Of a DNA stretch of 45,390 nt, positions 39,016 through 45,390 are shown in pieces. Under the pieces are notes generated by a model, which had not been told where the DNA came from, ran no database searches, and saw nothing but the letters and a program-made list of their open reading frames with translations. Numbering within the stretch: position 1 is the stretch's first letter; every line of letters starts with the position of its first letter. Origin of the DNA: Zoogloea sp. (GTDB taxonomy: Bacteria > Pseudomonadota > Gammaproteobacteria > Burkholderiales > Rhodocyclaceae); the NCBI GenBank assembly GCA_017309145.1, contig JAFLDU010000005.1, positions 1 through 45,390 on the forward strand. The letters are read 5' to 3'. A program made the translations under genes and the position numbers.

Positions 39016-40074
39016 TCAGCGCTGGGGCTTGTCTTGCCAGCCTTCGCCGTCACCCAGGGCTGGGACGTCGCGAGCCACGTAGGCCTGGCTCTGGCCCGAC
39101 TCGAAATAGACCCGGGTGAGCAGTTCGGCCAGCACGCCGGTGGTCACCATCTGAATGCCGGCAATGACGAAGAAGAAGCCGCCGAAGAACATCGGTCGGG
39201 TGCCGATGGAAGCGCCGGTGATGATCTTCAGCGCGGTCAGGTAGCCGAGGATGAGCACCCCGAGCGCCCCCAGACCCATGCCGATGCCACCGAAGAAGTG
39301 GCCCGGGCGGGTGCGGAAGCGCATGAAGAAGTACACGAAGATCAGGTCGAGGATGACCCGGAAGGTGCGCGAGATGCCGTACTTGGACTCGCCGAACATG
39401 CGCGCGTGGTGGGTTACCTCTTCCTGGGCGATCTTGCGCGGGGTGGTCACGGTGGCCAGCCAGGCGGGGATGAAGCGGTGCATCTCGCCGTACAGGCGCA
39501 CGTTCTTGATGGCGGTGGCGCGGAAGGCCTTGAGGGAGCAGCCGTAGTCCTGCAGATGCACGCCGGTGATGCGGGCGATCAGGCGGTTGGCGATCTTGGA
39601 CGGGATCTTGCGCAGGATCATGCCGTCCTTGCGGTTCTTGCGCCAGCCTGCGACCAGGTCGAGGTCTTCACGCAGCAGGCGGCCGACCATCCGCGGAATG
39701 TCGATGGGGTCGTTCTGCAGGTCACCGTCCATGGTCACGATGACGTCGCCACGGGCAGCGTCCAGCCCGGCCTGCATCGCGGCGGTCTGCTTGAAGTTGC
39801 GCATCAGGGCGACGATGCGTACGTGCGGGCCGTAGCGCTTGGCGGCCTTTTCCAGATTGGGCACGGTGTTGTCGGCACTGCCGTCGTCGACGATGACGAC
39901 TTCCCAGGGATGCGGGTAGGGGCCGAGGGCCAGGTGGATGCGCTCGAGCAGCGGGTCCACGTTGTCTTCCTCGTTGTAGAGGGGGACGACCACCGACAGG
40001 CGGTGGGGCGGCAGGTCGGCCGGGATGTCGGGCTGGGCCGGCGGGAGCGGAGAGAGCTTGGTGGAGTCGGTCAT
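39016..40074 (-). CDS. GT2 polyprenyl-phosphate sugar synthase (ArnC/GtrB-like)
   Basis: SVVVPLYNEE, VDDGS, MDGDLQNDP, DYGCSLKA, GEMHRFIP; two C-terminal TM helices. Confidence 0.9.
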   Translation of the reverse strand: MTDSTKLSPLPPAQPDIPADLPPHRLSVVVPLYNEEDNVDPLLERIHLALGPYPHPWEVVIVDDGSADNTVPNLEKAAKRYGPHVRIVALMRNFKQTAAMQAGLDAARGDVIVTMDGDLQNDPIDIPRMVGRLLREDLDLVAGWRKNRKDGMILRKIPSKIANRLIARITGVHLQDYGCSLKAFRATAIKNVRLYGEMHRFIPAWLATVTTPRKIAQEEVTHHARMFGESKYGISRTFRVILDLIFVYFFMRFRTRPGHFFGGIGMGLGALGVLILGYLTALKIITGASIGTRPMFFGGFFFVIAGIQMVTTGVLAELLTRVYFESGQSQAYVARDVPALGDGEGWQDKPQR

Positions 40075-40226
40075 GATGATCTGTGTGCTGAATATCGAGG
40101 TGGTCGCCCCGTCGGCGCTGGACGAGGCGGATTGTATGTCGGCTCCTCAAGAAAACGCCGGGCCGCCCCGAGTTTTCTTGTGCCCCCACGGGGGGCTGGC
40201 CGGGTGGAGCCCGGTCCTGGGCATTG

Positions 40227-41135
40227 TCAAAGCCTTTCGCGGGCCTGGTCGCTGCGTGCCACGGGAAACAGCCAGGCGATGGCGCCGGAGCTGACCGCAC
40301 AGGCGATCACGAACAGGTGGAGGGCGAGGGCGGCCTGCAGCCCGCTCTCGAGGGTGATCCCTCCCGGCAGCAGGGCGGCGGCGGCGCCGGCTTCATAGGT
40401 GCCGAAGCCGGCCACGCCCTGCAGGGGCAGGATGGCGGCGAGCTCTGCGCCGAGTGCGCCGGTGGCGCCGATGGCCAGCGTGGCGGGCAGCAGGGCGGAC
40501 AGCAGCCAGGCTTGGGCGGCGAACTTCACGCTCCAATTGGCGATGGTCCACAGCCAGCCGAAGCGGGCGTGGCGGGTGCTTTCGGCGAAAGCGTCGCGGA
40601 CCTTGGCCAGCTTGGCGGTGAATGGCTTGCCGTCGGCCCAGTCGTGAGGAGCGCGTGCCCAGCGGGGCAGCCACCAGGCCAGCCCGATCACGCCGAGCAC
40701 CGCGACGGCCTTGAGCGGGGAGGGCAGGCCGGGCCACACGAGTGCGGCCAGGGCCATCACCACAAAGGCGTCCTGCAGGCGGAACCAGAACAGCGAGGCC
40801 ACCGCGCGGGGCAGGGGAATGCCGAAGGTCTGGCGCAGCAGGACGGGGAAGGCAGCTTCGCCGCCGCGGAAGGGCAGCACATTGACCATGGCGTTGTGCA
40901 CCAGCACGATGCGCAGGCAGGCGCCGAAACGCCCCCCGGCCTGCACGCGGAACTCATCGAAGACCCGCAGGGCACGCAGGCAGTAGGACAGGGCGAAGCC
41001 CGCCACGGCCAGCCCGAGGGTAGGGGCATCGAGACGCCCGAGGAGTTCTCCGATACTGCGCCAGCGCCCGTCGGCGAGCAGCCAGCCGAGCAGGGCCAGG
41101 GAGACGGCGACGGCGAGAAGGCGTTTCAGGGTCAT
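40227..41135 (-). CDS. Lysylphosphatidylglycerol-synthase TM-like (flippase-like) membrane protein
   Basis: NVLPFRGGE and PLQGVAGFGTYEAG motifs; multi-TM. Confidence 0.8.
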   Translation of the reverse strand: MTLKRLLAVAVSLALLGWLLADGRWRSIGELLGRLDAPTLGLAVAGFALSYCLRALRVFDEFRVQAGGRFGACLRIVLVHNAMVNVLPFRGGEAAFPVLLRQTFGIPLPRAVASLFWFRLQDAFVVMALAALVWPGLPSPLKAVAVLGVIGLAWWLPRWARAPHDWADGKPFTAKLAKVRDAFAESTRHARFGWLWTIANWSVKFAAQAWLLSALLPATLAIGATGALGAELAAILPLQGVAGFGTYEAGAAAALLPGGITLESGLQAALALHLFVIACAVSSGAIAWLFPVARSDQARERL

Positions 41136-41956
41136 GAGGGCATCTCCCGGTCACGCATCAGGGCGGCGGCGGCCCCGCCGATGCCCCAGGCACCCAGCCC
41201 GATCTGGTAGAGGCGAGCGTCCGGGTAACCGAGCTTGATGAAGAGCAGGGACAGGCTGGTGGCGAGCACGATGGTCGCCATCACGCGCACGCCGCCCGGG
41301 CGTTCCCAGAAGCGCAGGCGGCTCGACAGCCATACCCCGAAGGCGCCGCAGGCCCAGCCGCCGGCCGCACCGACCAGCAGGTCGAGGGGCCAGTGGGCGC
41401 CCACGGCGAGGCGTGACAGGATGATCAATACGGCGGCCGGCAAAGCGACCAGGGCCGCGCGCAGGCGGCCGGCCGGATCGGGCCAGACCAGCACGATGGC
41501 TGCGGCCACGAGGCCGGCGGTGGTGGCATGGCCGGAGGGGAAGCTATGTACGTAAAGCTTCTGGCCGATGAGGTTGAAGCTCTCGGTGGCGAGCACGCCG
41601 GCCGGTCGCATCACATCGAAGGCCTGCTTGCCGCCTTCGCTGAACACGATAGCCAGCGGTGCGGCCAGGAAAGCCGAGGCGAGCAGGCGCGGACGGGTCT
41701 TGAGGCTGGGGGCGAGCAGGGCCATGGCGCCGAGCACTGAACCGCTGAGGGTGATGGCGGACCAGGCGGCCGGCGAGCCTGCACGGGCCAGGAGTTGATT
41801 GGCATCCAGGAACATGGCCTGGTTGGCGCCGCTCAGGAAGACCATGGCGGCGAGCAGGAGCAGCACCGCAGGAGGCACCGCCGCCCAGCGGACCGGGAAG
41901 GCCTCGGCGACGGGCTGCGGGAGGGCGTCCGGATCGTCGTTGGGAAAGGAATGCAA
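41132..41956 (-). CDS. PAP2-family membrane phosphatase
   Basis: C1 K..FDVMRP, C2 FPSGH, C3 SRLAVGAHWPLD. Confidence 0.9.
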   Translation of the reverse strand: MHSFPNDDPDALPQPVAEAFPVRWAAVPPAVLLLLAAMVFLSGANQAMFLDANQLLARAGSPAAWSAITLSGSVLGAMALLAPSLKTRPRLLASAFLAAPLAIVFSEGGKQAFDVMRPAGVLATESFNLIGQKLYVHSFPSGHATTAGLVAAAIVLVWPDPAGRLRAALVALPAAVLIILSRLAVGAHWPLDLLVGAAGGWACGAFGVWLSSRLRFWERPGGVRVMATIVLATSLSLLFIKLGYPDARLYQIGLGAWGIGGAAAALMRDREMPS

Positions 41957-42000
41957 GGGGCGTGCGGAAGTGTGGCGGCAACAGAGCTTGCTATATTACC

Positions 42001-42036
42001 CGATCAGGGCGGCCTCGGCCGAACCCGCCCTGATCG
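42001..42036. repeat. Perfect 12-bp inverted repeat
   Basis: CGATCAGGGCGG-N12-CCGCCCTGATCG between the GGDEF stop and the PAP2 start. Confidence 0.6.
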
Positions 42037-42045
42037 TGAGGCCGC

Positions 42046-43527
42046 TCAGGCCGCCACGTTGGTGCCGGCGACGCTGGCGAGGCGCAGGGTCGGCCGGCCA
42101 TCGTGCTTGGCCTGGTACATGGCGGCATCGGCCGCCTTGAGCAGGCTGTCCTGGTCCATGCCGTCTTCAGGGGCCAGCGCGAGCCCGATGCTGCCACCGA
42201 TCGTGATGAGGTGATCCTGGATGTGGAAGGGGTGGGCAAAGATGCCCAGCAGGCGCTCGCCCAGGAAGTTGAGGGTGTCCCGGTTGGTGATGTTCGGGAA
42301 GACGCCGGCGAACTCATCGCCACCGATGCGGGCGATCACGTCGCCGTTGCGCAGGGCCGCGCCGAGGCGTTGGGCAATCTGCACCAGCAGCGCATCGCCG
42401 ATGGCGTGGCCATAGGTGTCGTTGATGGGCTTGAAGCCGTCCAGGTCGAGCACCGCGACGCCCAGCATGGACCTGCCTTCCTCGCAGCGGCGCAGTTCCT
42501 TCTCGAAGTGGGGCGCCAGGAAGCCACGATTGGGCAGGCCCGTCAGGGGGTCATGGTTGGCCAGGTGTTGCAGGCATTCGTTGGTGAGGTGGCGGGCCGT
42601 CACGTCGAGCAGGGTCATGATCCGCAGGGGGCCCTTGTAGCCTTCGATGACGCCGGGGATCCGCTCGATGGCGAGTGGCAGCCCATCGGGCCGTTCGCCG
42701 ACCCATACGCCGTCGCTGAAGCTCAGGATCTCGTCCAGGCGGCGACCGCGCAGCGCCTTGCGGGGGCGGCCGAGCATACGGCAGGCGGCCCGGTTGGCGT
42801 CGGCGATCTTGTCGGTGCTGCCGAGGATGCAGACCCCGGCACCGATCTGGTTCATCATCGAACGCATCAGGCGGCCGGAGCGTTCAGAGCGGCGGCGTTG
42901 CAGCAGGAGCAGGGCGCCGACAACCGCGCTGGCCAGGATGCCGGTGGCCACCGCCAGGACAGCGAAGAGGTCGGCCTGATGCATGGCTTCATCGCGCTCA
43001 CGGGCCAGGTGCTGGGCCAGCTGTCCCAGCCCGGAGGCCATGGCCGAGAGCGCGGCGACCAGTTGGCCGCTGCGTTCGACTTCATTGTCGGCGGTGTCGT
43101 CCGCTCCGCTGCCGGGTACCGCGGCGTGGCCGGTGAGCGCGCCCCAGCGGGTGTTGAGGTCGGTGAGGATGCGCCGCGCCGCTTGATCCTCCACCGGGCC
43201 GATGGGGGTGGCGATGTTCTCGAGGCTGTGCAATGGAGGGCCGCCGGCCAGCAGGCCGTTGAGCACGTCGGTCAGCCAGCGCTGGTTGGCGTCGCCGACG
43301 CTGCCCTGGAGGCTCGACGGGGGGGCTGTCGAGGGGCCGGAAAAGGGCTGGACAAGAACCGATGCCTGCTGGACCAGTCCGAGCTGGGCCGAGAGCTGGC
43401 GGTATTCGAGCGTCTGGCGGTAGGCCAGGAAGAGGATGCAGGCCTCGGCAATGCAGAATGCCAGCGTGAGTGCCAGCAGGAGCAGCGAGCGGTGATAGGG
43501 CTGTGGGCGAGCACGGCGGGAGGACAT
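42046..43527 (-). CDS. Membrane diguanylate cyclase (periplasmic sensor, PAS-like, GGDEF)
   Basis: HDPLTGLPNR, DLDGFKPINDTYGH, I-site RNGD, intact GGDEF; two TM helices; start 43527 or 43584. Confidence 0.9.
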   Translation of the reverse strand: MSSRRARPQPYHRSLLLLALTLAFCIAEACILFLAYRQTLEYRQLSAQLGLVQQASVLVQPFSGPSTAPPSSLQGSVGDANQRWLTDVLNGLLAGGPPLHSLENIATPIGPVEDQAARRILTDLNTRWGALTGHAAVPGSGADDTADNEVERSGQLVAALSAMASGLGQLAQHLARERDEAMHQADLFAVLAVATGILASAVVGALLLLQRRRSERSGRLMRSMMNQIGAGVCILGSTDKIADANRAACRMLGRPRKALRGRRLDEILSFSDGVWVGERPDGLPLAIERIPGVIEGYKGPLRIMTLLDVTARHLTNECLQHLANHDPLTGLPNRGFLAPHFEKELRRCEEGRSMLGVAVLDLDGFKPINDTYGHAIGDALLVQIAQRLGAALRNGDVIARIGGDEFAGVFPNITNRDTLNFLGERLLGIFAHPFHIQDHLITIGGSIGLALAPEDGMDQDSLLKAADAAMYQAKHDGRPTLRLASVAGTNVAA

Positions 43528-43745
43528 GATGACATGATCCGCAAATGCAATAAGCTGTGAATTATCGCACACGCATGATGACATCAGCCTGTGCTTGCGC
43601 CCGTAATGGGTGGCCTCGGTGCGCGTGAAAAAGGGAGGGTCGGAGGAGCCCGCCTCCTCGGGTATAATTCTGCGCTTTCCAGATGCCCCGCCTGCGGTTC
43701 GCCAGCCGTCGGGGGGCTGGTCATTCCTTCGTGCCCATCCCTGCC

Positions 43746-45390
43746 ATGTCCGAAATCCTCAAGCTGCGCGGTGCGCCCGCGGTCTCCGCTTCCCGCCTTG
43801 CCCGCCTTACCGAGTCCGTCAAAACCGTGTTGCCGCGCCTGAAGGGCCTGGCTGCCGAACACTGGTATTTTGCCGAGATCACCGCGCCGCTCACGGCCGA
43901 TGAACTGGCACGGCTGGTGGATCTGCTGGGTGCCCATGCCGAGGGCGCTGCGCCCGCCGGCAGCATGCTTCTGGTGACGCCGCGCCTGGGCACCATCTCG
44001 CCCTGGTCGTCGAAGGCCACCGACATCGCGCGCCAGTGCGGTTTCGACAAGATCGTGCGGATCGAGCGGGGCACCGCCCTCAGCTTCGACCTGCGCGGCG
44101 GCCTCGATGCCCGCGACCGCGAGGCGGTGTTGCCGGCCATCCACGACCGCATGACCGAATCGGTGCTGGACAACGTGGACGCGGCCCATGCCCTGTTCCA
44201 CCACTACGAGCCGCAGCCCCTCACCACCGTGGCCATCATCGAGCAGGGGCGTGATGCCCTGGTGGTGGCCAACAGCGAGCTGGGCCTGGCCTTGTCCGAG
44301 GACGAGATCGACTACCTGGTGGACAACTTCACCCGCATGGGGCGCAACCCCACCGACGTGGAACTGATGATGTTCGCCCAGGCGAACTCCGAGCACTGCC
44401 GCCACAAGATCTTCAACGCCGACTGGGTGATCGACGGCCGGCCGATGGACAAGACCCTGTTCGGGATGATCCGCGAGACCCACAAGGCCCACCCGGAAGG
44501 TACGGTGGTCGCTTACTCCGACAACGCCTCGGTGATCGAGGGGGCGACCGTTGCCAAGCTCTACCCGGATGCCGATGGCGCCTGGACGTACAACGAGGAG
44601 CTGACCCACATCCTGGCCAAGGTCGAGACCCACAATCACCCCACCGCCATCTCCCCCTTCCCGGGCGCCTCCACCGGCTCCGGCGGCGAGATCCGCGATG
44701 AGGGTGCGACCGGCCGCGGCTCCAAGCCCAAGGCGGGCCTCACCGGCTTCTCCGTATCCAACCTGGAGATCCCCGGCTTCGAGCAGCCCTGGGAGCAGGC
44801 CTACGGCAAGCCTGAGCGGATCGCCTCGGCGCTCGACATCATGATCGAGGGCCCCCTGGGTGGCGCCGCCTTCAACAACGAATTCGGCCGCCCCAACCTG
44901 ACCGGCTATTTCCGCACCTTCCAGCAGAGCGTGCAGGACGAGGTGCGGGGCTATCACAAGCCCATCATGATCGCCGGTGGTCTGGGCTGTATCCAGGACC
45001 AGCAGTCCTTCAAGGTCAAGTTCGGCCCCGGCACTCTGCTGATCCAGCTGGGCGGCCCCGGCATGCTGATCGGCCTGGGCGGCGGCGCTGCTTCGTCGAT
45101 GGCGACCGGCACCAATACCGCCGACCTGGACTTCGCCTCCGTGCAGCGTGGCAACCCCGAGATCCAGCGCCGCTGCCAGGAGGTCATCGATGCCTGCTGG
45201 CAGAAGGGCGAAGCCAACCCCATCCTGTCCATCCATGACGTGGGGGCCGGTGGTTTGTCCAATGCCTTCCCCGAGCTGGCCGACTCTGCCGAACTGGGCG
45301 CGCGTTTCGAGCTCCGCGAGGTGCATATCGAGGAGCCGGGTATGAGCCCGCGCGAGATCTGGTCCAACGAATCCCAGGAGCGCTACGTGC
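43746..45390 (+). CDS. purL: Phosphoribosylformylglycinamidine synthase (3'-truncated)
   Basis: [63 protein letters not shown]; TATAAT at 43663. Confidence 0.97.
   Translation, partial: MSEILKLRGAPAVSASRLARLTESVKTVLPRLKGLAAEHWYFAEITAPLTADELARLVDLLGAHAEGAAPAGSMLLVTPRLGTISPWSSKATDIARQCGFDKIVRIERGTALSFDLRGGLDARDREAVLPAIHDRMTESVLDNVDAAHALFHHYEPQPLTTVAIIEQGRDALVVANSELGLALSEDEIDYLVDNFTRMGRNPTDVELMMFAQANSEHCRHKIFNADWVIDGRPMDKTLFGMIRETHKAHPEGTVVAYSDNASVIEGATVAKLYPDADGAWTYNEELTHILAKVETHNHPTAISPFPGASTGSGGEIRDEGATGRGSKPKAGLTGFSVSNLEIPGFEQPWEQAYGKPERIASALDIMIEGPLGGAAFNNEFGRPNLTGYFRTFQQSVQDEVRGYHKPIMIAGGLGCIQDQQSFKVKFGPGTLLIQLGGPGMLIGLGGGAASSMATGTNTADLDFASVQRGNPEIQRRCQEVIDACWQKGEANPILSIHDVGAGGLSNAFPELADSAELGARFELREVHIEEPGMSPREIWSNESQERYV

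Noticed and set aside
43670-43745. ZMP/ZTP or purine riboswitch in the purL leader
   Set aside because: Only a generic GC hairpin; conserved riboswitch core sequences not found

Overview
High-GC core-genome segment of a betaproteobacterium; gene content and order suggest Rhodocyclales (Zoogloea/Azoarcus/Thauera-like), which is an inference. It holds about 40 CDSs. In order: 5'-truncated ppx; an MlaE/F/D + PqiC-like MCE transporter; enoyl-CoA hydratase; TatD; a TetR regulator divergent from etfB-etfA-(CbiM-like)-acyl-CoA dehydrogenase; hemB; SIMPL-dtd-NlpC/P60; EamA; DUF2189; a metY-like gene with an alpha/beta hydrolase; DUF465; DUF3567; greB; an orphan histidine kinase; htpG; an orphan secreted protein; an ODP-like di-iron protein; MoxR-vWA; an HDAC-family protein; an M20 amidohydrolase; a YbbP-like permease; rmuC; DUF4139; a five-gene envelope glycosylation cluster (PAP2, flippase-like, GT2, two ArnT-like GT-C); a diguanylate cyclase; and 3'-truncated purL. 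I saw no prophage, IS, CRISPR array, tRNA or rRNA. The most interesting region is the 720-bp gap before hemB. It contains an unannotated 37-aa Trp-rich ORF with a strong RBS, a PhaR-like box and a hairpin-rich 3' end, and converging on it a three-hairpin anti-hemB-like sRNA with a sigmaE-like promoter. All calls come from reading motifs by eye; no searches were run.
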